Below, piece by piece: positions 9,889-18,481 of a DNA stretch of 36,490 bases (within the stretch, counting starts at the first letter, position 1; every line of letters begins with the position of its first letter). This DNA is from a virus (Duplodnaviria; Caudoviricetes): IMG/VR virus record IMGVR_UViG_3300046009_013981, positions 1 through 36,490 of that record. One strand, 5' to 3'. The notes under the pieces are model-generated. The model was not told the DNA's origin and did no database searches. It worked only from the letters and a program-made list of their open reading frames with translations. The translations under genes were made by a program, and so were the position numbers.

Positions 9889-10086
9889 GTGACAGAACTT
9901 TTTGGTGCAGTTGTTAGACTTGTTGGTGGAATATTTGAAGCAATCAATAACGTCTTTGGTGCAAAAAATACCAAAGAGATGAAAGATCGCCAACAAGCTC
10001 AAAAAGAAGTTGATCATCAAAGTGAAATAGAAAAAGCAGTCAAGGAGAAAGATCTTGAAGAAGTTCGCAAGCATATTGGCTCTTAA
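9889..10086 (+). CDS. Putative inner-membrane spanin (Rz-like)
   Basis: GTG start, N-terminal hydrophobic/amphipathic helix, then a charged coiled coil; 3' end overlaps a lipoprotein gene. Confidence 0.45.
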   Translation: MTELFGAVVRLVGGIFEAINNVFGAKNTKEMKDRQQAQKEVDHQSEIEKAVKEKDLEEVRKHIGS

Positions 10087-10471
10087 TTTTTTTATTGTTG
10101 GTTGCGCTACAATAACACCAGATAAAATACAAGATAGTACTGCGTCATACGATGCTTCTACTCCAGTGAATTATAATAAAGATAATGGCGGTTTAGTAGC
10201 TCTTCTTGATAACGGAGCAGTTATTACTTCACAAGCTAAAGAAAGATACAATAATTTAATTAAAATGTATAAAGTAAAGTTTAAAAAAGAAAAAGCTATT
10301 GAATTAGTGGAAGATGCAGGTGTTAAACCATATAAAGATCGTTATGGGAATGACCTATTTCTAATTGATAATGAACATCTTGTTTATTTTGGAGTAATGA
10401 ATTCTTGGTTAAAAGAAAAAGTTCCAGCAGACAATATCATAGATAAAACAATAGACAAAATAAATAATTAA
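10055..10471 (+). CDS. Lipoprotein, putative outer-membrane spanin (Rz1-like)
   Basis: TTG start preceded by AAGGAG; lipobox FIVG-C; overlaps the preceding gene. Confidence 0.55.
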   Translation: MKKFASILALNFFIVGCATITPDKIQDSTASYDASTPVNYNKDNGGLVALLDNGAVITSQAKERYNNLIKMYKVKFKKEKAIELVEDAGVKPYKDRYGNDLFLIDNEHLVYFGVMNSWLKEKVPADNIIDKTIDKINN

Positions 10472-10474
10472 TAA

Positions 10475-11167
10475 ATGTTAAACGATAAATCTCTTAAACT
10501 CATTTTTGACTTTGAAGTTGGTGGCGGTGAAAATTATTATAATAAATTTTTAAAAAATCCAACATGGCCAGGAGAGCAAAGTGGAGTAACAATAGGGGTA
10601 GGTTATGATGTCGGATATGTAAATAAAACAGAATTTGCTAATGATTGGAAAGATCTCCCAAAAGAAACTTTTGATCGTTTATATAGAGTAGTTGGGGTAA
10701 AAGGATATCAAGCAAAAGAATTAGCTCGTAGATTAAAAGACATTACTATACCTTGGGAAATGTCAGTAAAAGTATTCATGAATAAAACCGTAAGGAAATT
10801 CTATGATCTCACTCGCGCAACTTTTCCTAATTTTGATAAACTACCAGAAGATGCAAAAGGTGGTTTAGTTAGTCTTGTATTTAATAGAGGAGCAGCCCTC
10901 GAAGGAGATCGTCGCCGCGAAATGAAAGTAATTCGTGATGTTATGGTGAGAACAGAGAATTTTGATGAAAGAACTTTATCTCAAATAGCTGATCAAATAA
11001 GAAAAATGAAAAGGATATGGATAGGTGGCGGTATAGAAAAAGGTATGAGTCGCAGAAGAGATGCAGAAGCTAAATTAGTAGAAGAAGCTTTAGCTAATGT
11101 TCTAGTTAATCCTAAAGATAATATATCGAAGACAGATAAGATAATCTCTGATAAATTTAAGTCATAA
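10475..11167 (+). CDS. Endolysin, lysozyme-fold (pesticin C-terminal-like/GH24-related muramidase)
   Basis: Catalytic-type FE near the N-terminus, SGVTIGVGYDVG motif, LVSLVFNRG, and C-terminal GMSRRRDAEA. Confidence 0.85.
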   Translation: MLNDKSLKLIFDFEVGGGENYYNKFLKNPTWPGEQSGVTIGVGYDVGYVNKTEFANDWKDLPKETFDRLYRVVGVKGYQAKELARRLKDITIPWEMSVKVFMNKTVRKFYDLTRATFPNFDKLPEDAKGGLVSLVFNRGAALEGDRRREMKVIRDVMVRTENFDERTLSQIADQIRKMKRIWIGGGIEKGMSRRRDAEAKLVEEALANVLVNPKDNISKTDKIISDKFKS

Positions 11168-11173
11168 TTAAAA

Positions 11174-11180
11174 GTGTAAT
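11174..11180 (+). promoter_or_regulatory. GTGTAAT putative late promoter
   Basis: 7 nt before the ATG of the 48-aa lipoprotein. Confidence 0.7.
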
Positions 11181-11187
11181 ATTTATT

Positions 11188-11334
11188 ATGCGATTAATTT
11201 TAATATTACCATTGTTTCTATTAATTTCTTGCTCTGAACCAAATTACGAGAGTCACGAATTGCCAACTAAATATCCAGATACACCAACTAGCGGCGCAGC
11301 CTACGATATTACAGAAGAATTGAATAAAAAATAA
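11188..11334 (+). CDS. 48-aa lipoprotein not in the ORF track
   Basis: MRLILILPLFLLIS-CSEPNYESHELPTKYPDTPTSGAAYDITEELNKK*; lipobox LISC; own GTGTAAT motif 7 nt upstream. Confidence 0.7.
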   Translation: MRLILILPLFLLISCSEPNYESHELPTKYPDTPTSGAAYDITEELNKK

Positions 11335-11354
11335 TTTAAATTAATTAAATTAGA

Positions 11355-11361
11355 GTGTAAT
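11355..11361 (+). promoter_or_regulatory. GTGTAAT putative late promoter (head operon)
   Basis: 12 nt before ATG 11374. Confidence 0.7.
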
Positions 11362-11373
11362 ATTATTAAATAT

Positions 11374-11958
11374 ATGAATTACGATTCAGAACAATATGGC
11401 TTTGAGTTTATTAAAGCCAAAAGGCGTGGTCCAAAATCTTCTGCTCAGACACCAGCTAAACCAAGTGAACGCCGTAAAGGTTCTAGTCGCAATAAACCAG
11501 GAAGTGCTGGTACTAAAAGCGATAAAGCTATAGATTTTTCTAAAAAAGTAATTGAAGCTCTAAAAAATAAAGTAAAAGAGCATAATTCTAAATATAAAAA
11601 GAAAGTAACATTAGGTCAATTAAAGAAGGTATATCGTCGTGGCGCTGGCGCTTTTTCCTCTTCTCATAGACCAGGAAAAACTCGTGGTCAATGGGCAATG
11701 GCCAGAGTAAATATGTTTCTTAGAATGGTTAGCGGTAAACCAGTAAAAGATGCTTATCGTAAAGCGGATAGTGATATTGCTCGTGCCTCTGTAAATGATT
11801 ATACAATTGAAGCAAATTTTGAACCTAATGACGAAGATTTCAATCAAGCAGACGAAGATATTAAAAATTATAATCTAAATGATTTTGATTTTACTAGTGC
11901 CGATGAACTTTATCTTGATGATGAACAAGACGGCTTTCATTTTACATTCGAGGTTTAA
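11374..11958 (+). CDS. Basic protein with acidic tail; DUF5824-like core; possible internal head/DNA-binding protein
   Basis: K/R-rich N-terminal two thirds, LKKVYRRGAGAF..SHRPG.TRGQWAMARVN.F motif, D/E-rich C-terminus; immediately upstream of the prohead protease. Confidence 0.5.
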   Translation: MNYDSEQYGFEFIKAKRRGPKSSAQTPAKPSERRKGSSRNKPGSAGTKSDKAIDFSKKVIEALKNKVKEHNSKYKKKVTLGQLKKVYRRGAGAFSSSHRPGKTRGQWAMARVNMFLRMVSGKPVKDAYRKADSDIARASVNDYTIEANFEPNDEDFNQADEDIKNYNLNDFDFTSADELYLDDEQDGFHFTFEV

Positions 11959-11960
11959 TT

Positions 11961-13499
11961 ATGCAATTTAAATATAATACAACTTTTGCTAATCTTCATA
12001 TTAAGCCAGTAGTTAGCGAAGAGAAGGATAAATATCTATCTCTTGCTTCTATGAGCAATTTAAAGAAGTTTTTACCAGATATTGATACAAATAAAAACAT
12101 AGATTTACTACCTATAGCTTTTGATGCTTGCGTTGTTAATAGGGTAAATAAAAATGGTGACGTTATAAATTCAGCTACTGCTGCTGAAATGGTAAATAAT
12201 TTTATTAATAAACCAATTAATATTGAGCATGATCGTTCAAGAGTAGTTGGCTGTATTTTAACTGCTAGCTTTAGTAAATTTGGATCAAATGAATCTCTTG
12301 CTGAATTAGACGTTAAAACAATGAAAGAGCCATTTTATATTACTCTTGGTGGTGTAATGTGGAAAATTATTAATCCTCAATTAGCTAATCTTATTGAAGA
12401 GAGCAATGATCCTTCTAGCGAAAATTATATGAAAGTAAGTGCTTCTTGGGAACTTGGTTTTAGCGAGTATGATCTTGTATTATTAGATAATAATAATAAA
12501 AATCTTGAAGATGCTAAATTTGTTACAGATGAGGATGAGAAAGATAAATTAAGTAAAAATCTCAAAGCTTTTGGAGGAACAGGTAAAATTAACAATAATA
12601 CCTATATTTATCGTCAAGTAGTAGGAGATGTTATTCCTTTAGGTATAGGATTAACTTCGAATCCAGCTGCAGATGTACAAGGTGTAGCTGTAAAAGATGA
12701 GGATAAAATAGCAGTTATTGAATTTAAATCTAAAGAAGAAGAGTCTGAGTCCTCTAATAATAGTGAAAATAACATTTCACAAAATACAGAAAATACTGTA
12801 AACCAAGAAGGAGTTATAAACAGAATAATTATGAAAATAGAAAATATCAATCAAATTACTGACGAGCTATTAAAGCAAGTCACAGCTTCTAGCGTAACAG
12901 ATTTCATTCAAGAAGAGCTAAAGAAAGCTTCTGAAGTTTTCGTAGCAGAAAAGAATGAAAAAGATGTTGCTATTAAAGCTGCTCAAGAAAAATATGAAGC
13001 ACTTTCCACAGAGAGTGAAAAAGTAAAAGAAGAACTTGAAAAACTCAAGGCTGCTCTTGCTAAACTCGAAGAAGAGAAAGTTGCTAAAGCTAAAGAAGAA
13101 GCATTCAATTTAAGAATGGCTTCTTTTGATGAAGAATTCGATCTATCTGATGAAGACCGTCAAATTCTCGCAACTGATATTAAAGATTTAGACGAAGAAG
13201 CATTTGCCGCATACAAGAAGAAAATGGCAGTTCTAATGAAAGACAAGAATAAAGCTGCTAAAAAAGCTAAAATGGACATGATGGAAGAAGAAATGAAAAA
13301 AGCAAAAGCTTCTGAAGTTAAAGAGGAAGTAAAAGCCTCGACATCTTCTGAACAATCTGCAACCGAAGTTGTAGATGAAGTTCTAGACAACGCAAACGTT
13401 GAAAAGACTTCAATCCCAAATTCAACAACAACCGCTGAAGTTTCACTACGCGAAAAGTATAGTAAAGCTTTCGGTTTTGAAGGATTTGATATTAACTAA
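11961..13499 (+). CDS. Prohead maturation protease fused to coiled-coil scaffold
   Basis: NKNGD, KPINIEH (His) and SASWE (Ser) motifs of HK97/herpes-fold prohead proteases; E/K/A-rich coiled-coil C-terminal half. Confidence 0.8.
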   Translation: MQFKYNTTFANLHIKPVVSEEKDKYLSLASMSNLKKFLPDIDTNKNIDLLPIAFDACVVNRVNKNGDVINSATAAEMVNNFINKPINIEHDRSRVVGCILTASFSKFGSNESLAELDVKTMKEPFYITLGGVMWKIINPQLANLIEESNDPSSENYMKVSASWELGFSEYDLVLLDNNNKNLEDAKFVTDEDEKDKLSKNLKAFGGTGKINNNTYIYRQVVGDVIPLGIGLTSNPAADVQGVAVKDEDKIAVIEFKSKEEESESSNNSENNISQNTENTVNQEGVINRIIMKIENINQITDELLKQVTASSVTDFIQEELKKASEVFVAEKNEKDVAIKAAQEKYEALSTESEKVKEELEKLKAALAKLEEEKVAKAKEEAFNLRMASFDEEFDLSDEDRQILATDIKDLDEEAFAAYKKKMAVLMKDKNKAAKKAKMDMMEEEMKKAKASEVKEEVKASTSSEQSATEVVDEVLDNANVEKTSIPNSTTTAEVSLREKYSKAFGFEGFDIN

Positions 13500-13517
13500 T
13501 AAATAAGGAGAAATAAT

Positions 13518-14132
13518 ATGGCACATACACTAAGACCATTCAGAGACTACAGCGAACATGATGTAGTCAACCTATTTACCTATAGTGGACAACAAGACGC
13601 TAATGGCGTTATTGCCACTGCAGGTACAGTAGTAAAAGTTATCGGAAATGGTTTCCAACCAATCGTAGCCTCTACAACTCCAGGAGGCACAGGCTTCCTC
13701 GGAGCAGTACCAGTTGATCTAGCTGGTCTCGTAGGCGCTGGTTTTGCAAACACAGTTTCTGATCGTTATGCTTTAACAGCAAAAGTAACCGCAGCAACCT
13801 CTGGTGACGCTGCCCTTGGTATCACTCTAATAAGTACTCAAGAGCTAGACGAAAATGGTGAGAAACTAGTTTTCAATCCACGTAAAGCCGCTGAGAAAAA
13901 CGTAGTAGTTAGTGGCCAAAGCGTTCCAGTTTTAACTAAAGGCGTTGTAGTCTATAGTGGAACTGAAATTGGTTCTGCATCAGTTGGTGCAGGAGTTTAT
14001 CTAAGTAACCTAAATGCAGGTGAACTAAGTACAGTCAATAGCACTGCCGGTGGTGCAACCCCAGGCAATAAAGTTGGCACACTACTCAGCGTACCAGTAA
14101 ATGGCGTTGCTCTAATCAAACTCAACTTCTAA
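13518..14132 (+). CDS. Capsid decoration/cement protein
   Basis: 204 aa, G/A/V/T-rich, between protease and major capsid protein; strong AAGGAG Shine-Dalgarno; codon usage typical of high expression (TTC, AAC, GAC). Confidence 0.65.
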   Translation: MAHTLRPFRDYSEHDVVNLFTYSGQQDANGVIATAGTVVKVIGNGFQPIVASTTPGGTGFLGAVPVDLAGLVGAGFANTVSDRYALTAKVTAATSGDAALGITLISTQELDENGEKLVFNPRKAAEKNVVVSGQSVPVLTKGVVVYSGTEIGSASVGAGVYLSNLNAGELSTVNSTAGGATPGNKVGTLLSVPVNGVALIKLNF

Positions 14133-14153
14133 TTTAAGGAGATTATATAGAAA

Positions 14154-15242
14154 ATGAAAATCAAACTAAAAAATACCCCAGAACAAGTTGAGCTTGTAAA
14201 AGCTATGGGCAGCAGAGATGTTGCAGTAGCTCGTGAAGCCTCTGAAGCTTTTGCCGCTTTCATTGGACCAGTCGTAAGTAAGGTTCTAATGCAAGCTGGT
14301 ACAGCCAGTGCAATCTACTCTGACGCACCATACGACGAAGACGATAATCCAAGTCTTCCTCTCGATCTATGGTTCGATCAAGGTCAAGACTATGTTACAG
14401 TTTGGAGTCAAAATGTAGCAGGTGGTCTTCCTTCTTCAACAGTAGAAGGTTTCAGCGAATTGAAAGTTTCAACCTATCGTCTAGATAGTGCTGTAAGCTT
14501 CCTAAAACGCTATGCTCGTCGTGGTCGTCTCGACGTAGTAAGTAAAGCAGTTGAGAGAATGAGCAATGAAGTTCTTGTAAAACAAGAACGTAATGCTTGG
14601 GCAGTAGTTCTAAAAGCCCTTGCTGAAGCTCGTACTCCAGCAGTTGGAAATAATAACGGCGTAAACGGTGGCCATATTGAAACCGCTGCAACAGCTGGCA
14701 CATTCCAACTATCTGATCTCAACAGTCTAATGACCCTAGTAAAAAGAATTAATACTTCTTATGCTGGTGGTACAACAACTGATTCCTATGGATTAACCGA
14801 TCTATTCGTAAGTCCAGAGATCAAAGCTGATATCCGCGCATTTGCTTACCAACCATTCACCACAACTGGTGCTGCTGGTACAAATCTTCCAGACAATGTC
14901 CGTGAAGAAATCTACCGCAATGCTGGAACAGAATCACTTTATGGTGTTACTATCCATGAATTGGTTGAACTAGGCGTAGGTCAAAAATATAGCGCTCTAT
15001 TTAACGCATTCAAAGGCGCACAAGCCTTCAATAGCGTTACTCAAGAGCTTGCTATCGGTCTTGATCTAAGCAAAGAAGCATTTATTCGCCCACTCGCTCG
15101 TCAAGCAGAATCCGGTGGAACATTCACTGTTCTTCCAGACGATCAATTCGTTGCCCGTTCAGAGAAAACTGGTTTCTACGGTTCTCTCGAAGAAGGTCGC
15201 GTTTGTATCGATGCTCGTGCAATCGTTGGCTTACTAGTCTAA
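14154..15242 (+). CDS. Major capsid protein (HK97 fold)
   Basis: 362 aa at the canonical position, AAGGAG Shine-Dalgarno, high-expression codon bias, followed by a strong terminator. Confidence 0.85.
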   Translation: MKIKLKNTPEQVELVKAMGSRDVAVAREASEAFAAFIGPVVSKVLMQAGTASAIYSDAPYDEDDNPSLPLDLWFDQGQDYVTVWSQNVAGGLPSSTVEGFSELKVSTYRLDSAVSFLKRYARRGRLDVVSKAVERMSNEVLVKQERNAWAVVLKALAEARTPAVGNNNGVNGGHIETAATAGTFQLSDLNSLMTLVKRINTSYAGGTTTDSYGLTDLFVSPEIKADIRAFAYQPFTTTGAAGTNLPDNVREEIYRNAGTESLYGVTIHELVELGVGQKYSALFNAFKGAQAFNSVTQELAIGLDLSKEAFIRPLARQAESGGTFTVLPDDQFVARSEKTGFYGSLEEGRVCIDARAIVGLLV

Positions 15243-15263
15243 TTAATAATTAGATTAAATTTA

Positions 15264-15301
15264 AAGGCCCAGTAGGTTAATCCCTACTGGGTCTTTTTTT
15301 T
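15264..15301 (+). terminator. Rho-independent terminator after major capsid gene
   Basis: CCCAGTAGG-TTAATC-CCTACTGGG perfect 9-bp stem (extendable), followed by a T8 tract. Confidence 0.9.
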
Positions 15302-15313
15302 AGATAAATAGTT

Positions 15314-15341
15314 TAGACATTTAATAGTCTAGAATTATAAT
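15314..15341 (+). promoter_or_regulatory. Sigma70-like promoter TAGACA-N16-TATAAT
   Basis: Just after the capsid terminator, upstream of 15359. Confidence 0.55.
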
Positions 15342-15358
15342 ATAATAAGGAGAATATT

Positions 15359-15703
15359 ATGCCAAGAAAAAGAAAAATAGAAGAACTTTCCCAAACTCAT
15401 GGAAAATTAGAGAATGTACAATATAAGAGTTTAGACCAAATTTGGGGTGATACAGGCTTGAGTAAATATAAGACAACTAACCTCGAAGAATATATTAATT
15501 TTATCAATGAAATGAATAAAAGTGATCTTCAAGCTCATGCTAATAAAGTAGGTCTTGTGCCTATTGATAATAGAGATATGCTAACTAAAAGATTAGTCGC
15601 AGAATTTAAAAAATTTGTTTCTACATTTAATGTTCCAAAAACAATAGATAATTCAGTAAATTTAGATAAGAAATCTAAAGATGTTCTTTCTGAAGGTAAG
15701 TAA
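15359..15703 (+). CDS. Hypothetical protein (possible small helical HeH/Rho_N-like domain)
   Basis: AAGGAG Shine-Dalgarno; MNKSDLQAHANKVGL...RDMLTKRL pattern. Confidence 0.4.
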   Translation: MPRKRKIEELSQTHGKLENVQYKSLDQIWGDTGLSKYKTTNLEEYINFINEMNKSDLQAHANKVGLVPIDNRDMLTKRLVAEFKKFVSTFNVPKTIDNSVNLDKKSKDVLSEGK

Positions 15704-15731
15704 TTATTTTTAAAAATTTTTTTTAAATAAA

Positions 15732-15738
15732 GTGTAAT
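15732..15738 (+). promoter_or_regulatory. GTGTAAT putative late promoter
   Basis: 9 nt before ATG 15748. Confidence 0.7.
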
Positions 15739-15747
15739 TATAGTATA

Positions 15748-18039
15748 ATGATTACTACTGGCAATCTATACATTCAAGTCTATAATGCATTATCAAATAA
15801 GTATGTAGAATTACCAGTTGACGAACTAAGTATACAAACGTTTTTACGTAGTGGAAATTTTCCACTTACAGGATTTTTAATTACAGGAGATTTAAGATTA
15901 AATAAAAAACTTGAGATGGCAACTATTGATCTTGGTAGATACAATAGAACTTATCAAGGTCATAACATCGGAGTTGGCAATAATATAATTGGATTGAGCG
16001 GTTCACTTTGGCAAACTTATCCTTCTTTTAATATCGGTAGCTTAAATTATCAAACATCTGGATACAATAGTTTTAATATTGGTCAAAGTAATTCTATAGC
16101 ATCTAATGATTCTAGTTTTGCTATAGGAACAAGCAACTCAATCTCTGCATTAAATTCGCCATTTAATTTATATCAATATACATTAGGAAATGACAATCAA
16201 CTATCATTAAGTGGAGATAATAATTATGTTATTGGTCAATTAAATGATTTAAATTTTGTTATAATTTCTTCTAAGATTTTTGGAGATAACAATATAGTTA
16301 ATACTGGTGAATACATAAAAATCATTGGTGATTCAAATTCACTAGGAAACTCTTCATATGTTGATTCGCTTGGCGATTCGAATACCTTTAGTAATTCACA
16401 AGCAATATTTTCTCTAGGTGATACAAATAATATCTCTTCTTCTACTGGAATATTTAATGTATCTAAAAATAGCGATATAACAAGAAGTGAAAATGTTTTA
16501 ATTTTTGGAAATGATAATTCAAGTACAAATGGAAATAGTTCTATAATTGTAGGTCAATCAAATACTCTATCTGGTTCAAATGAAGCCATATTGATAGGAT
16601 ATTATAATGATATAGTAAATACTGGTGACTTTAGATCTACTATAGTAGGTTATGATAATGACTTCTCAGATAGAGTGTCGAATATAGATGTTTTTGGTGA
16701 TTATAATTCTAATAGTGGTTCCTTCTCTGATTCTTTTATCGTAGGAAGCAATAACTACGGAGTTAATAGTTCTAATAGTAATATTAATGGTTCTATAAAT
16801 ATCATAGAAAATTCCGAATATGTAAATATCTTTGGCACAAATAATGAAGTTGATAGATCCTCTTCTAATTCTATTTTTGGTAGATATAATACTTTAAGTT
16901 CTGGAATAAATTGCAGCATAATTGGCTATAATAACTCTGTTTCTGGTTTACAAAATTATGTTTTTGGAAATAATAATATCGTAAGAAGCGGAGATTATAA
17001 TTCTATACTTATTGGTATATCTCATGAATTTACTGGCGACTTTAAAGTAGCTTCTATTAACATCGCCTCGGTTGATTCTAAGATTGAAATTACACCATCT
17101 GATATAAAATTAAACTCTTTTAATAGAGCAAAATTTAATGATGAAAATATTGCGATAGTCTCAGATCTAAATAACTATTTAAATTCTTCTAATGGATTAA
17201 GTAATAGTGGAGTATTTACATCTTATGTTATAAACGATCCTAACTATACTAATCTCTCCGCGCAAATAGAATTACAAGCTTTTGCTTATTCTGGAAAAGA
17301 AGATAGATACTATGGTGGATTCAGTGGATTAAATACAAGTGATCCAAATGCTTATAACTTTACAGGATTTTTTAGAAAACAACCAGCTTTATATTATGAA
17401 GGCTTGCATAGCATTTATGGAAACAACTACTATCAAGCAAGTAATCAAAATTTTGAAATTCTATTTAGTAGAGATATTGAACCAGTAACTGGTAATTGGA
17501 TCATTTCTCCAAAGAATAGTCTTGGCGTATTATTCTATAATAAAAGCACAAATACTGGAGTTTTCCCAACATCAAATTGGATAAGAACAGGCGCTAATAC
17601 AATTACTGGTTATGATCCTGCTCCAACATTTGAATATTCTTCTGAGTTTACAGGATTTTTCCCTACGCAAAAGATTAATAGTTCAAGCTCTTATACTTCA
17701 AACTATTTTAATAATTTCGGAACCATAGCTTACTCATCTCATGATGAAGTAGCGGTAATCTATGGAAATCATTCAAATCCTCAATTTAACCCAACTTGGT
17801 TGATTATAGATAAATATTCTAGTGGAGTATATTATATTAATAATTCTATCCCAAGTACAACAACACCACAAACTGGATGGGTTGCTACAGGATATATGGG
17901 TTATACTGGTAGGAATCCAGAAGACTTAACTAACGCAATATCTAATACTGGAATTAAAATAAGTTTAGGTACAAGAAGTGGGATTATATCTTCTTATGAT
18001 CCAACTTACGGAAAAATTTATATTCCATTTTTATATTAA
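15748..18039 (+). CDS. Asn/Ser-rich beta-roll fibre with duplicated C-terminal domain
   Basis: ~14-aa (I/F)GxxN repeats over roughly aa 60-430; two tandem W-containing C-terminal repeats; ends in IYIPFLY. Confidence 0.6.
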   Translation: MITTGNLYIQVYNALSNKYVELPVDELSIQTFLRSGNFPLTGFLITGDLRLNKKLEMATIDLGRYNRTYQGHNIGVGNNIIGLSGSLWQTYPSFNIGSLNYQTSGYNSFNIGQSNSIASNDSSFAIGTSNSISALNSPFNLYQYTLGNDNQLSLSGDNNYVIGQLNDLNFVIISSKIFGDNNIVNTGEYIKIIGDSNSLGNSSYVDSLGDSNTFSNSQAIFSLGDTNNISSSTGIFNVSKNSDITRSENVLIFGNDNSSTNGNSSIIVGQSNTLSGSNEAILIGYYNDIVNTGDFRSTIVGYDNDFSDRVSNIDVFGDYNSNSGSFSDSFIVGSNNYGVNSSNSNINGSINIIENSEYVNIFGTNNEVDRSSSNSIFGRYNTLSSGINCSIIGYNNSVSGLQNYVFGNNNIVRSGDYNSILIGISHEFTGDFKVASINIASVDSKIEITPSDIKLNSFNRAKFNDENIAIVSDLNNYLNSSNGLSNSGVFTSYVINDPNYTNLSAQIELQAFAYSGKEDRYYGGFSGLNTSDPNAYNFTGFFRKQPALYYEGLHSIYGNNYYQASNQNFEILFSRDIEPVTGNWIISPKNSLGVLFYNKSTNTGVFPTSNWIRTGANTITGYDPAPTFEYSSEFTGFFPTQKINSSSSYTSNYFNNFGTIAYSSHDEVAVIYGNHSNPQFNPTWLIIDKYSSGVYYINNSIPSTTTPQTGWVATGYMGYTGRNPEDLTNAISNTGIKISLGTRSGIISSYDPTYGKIYIPFLY

Positions 18040-18062
18040 TTCTTTTTAATTATTTTTAATTG

Positions 18063-18069
18063 GTGTAAT
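18063..18069 (+). promoter_or_regulatory. GTGTAAT putative late promoter
   Basis: 7 nt before ATG 18077. Confidence 0.7.
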
Positions 18070-18076
18070 TTATTAT

Positions 18077-18478
18077 ATGGCAACTTCATATAATATAAGC
18101 ACAATTCAAGGTGATAATCTTCAAATTACTCTTTCGGTAAAAGATCAATATAGTAACCCAATTAATTTAAGTGGCTACGATGTAAGAGGCGTAGTAAAAT
18201 ATGCCTATTTTGGTTCTCCTCCAGCGCTAGATGTTTCTGGAAATTATATCTCTGGATTTTTAATAAATCTTAATCCAGTTATTAATAGTGGAATTAATGG
18301 TATATATTATCCTTCTGGTCTAATAAATATTAATGTTCCTTCATATACAATGGCATATATGCCAGTAGGTACTTTTGTTTATGATATTGAAAGATTTCCT
18401 TATGGTATTCCTACTGGAAATTCGATTAAGTTACTAAGAGGTAAATTTATTGTTAGTCCAGAAGTTACAACTTTTTAA
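18077..18478 (+). CDS. Virion structural adaptor (BppU N-terminal-like domain)
   Basis: IQGD...VKD...PINLSGY...GTFVYDIE...LLRGKFIVSPEVT pattern, common in phage fibre-anchoring proteins. Confidence 0.55.
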   Translation: MATSYNISTIQGDNLQITLSVKDQYSNPINLSGYDVRGVVKYAYFGSPPALDVSGNYISGFLINLNPVINSGINGIYYPSGLININVPSYTMAYMPVGTFVYDIERFPYGIPTGNSIKLLRGKFIVSPEVTTF

Positions 18479-18481
18479 TTT

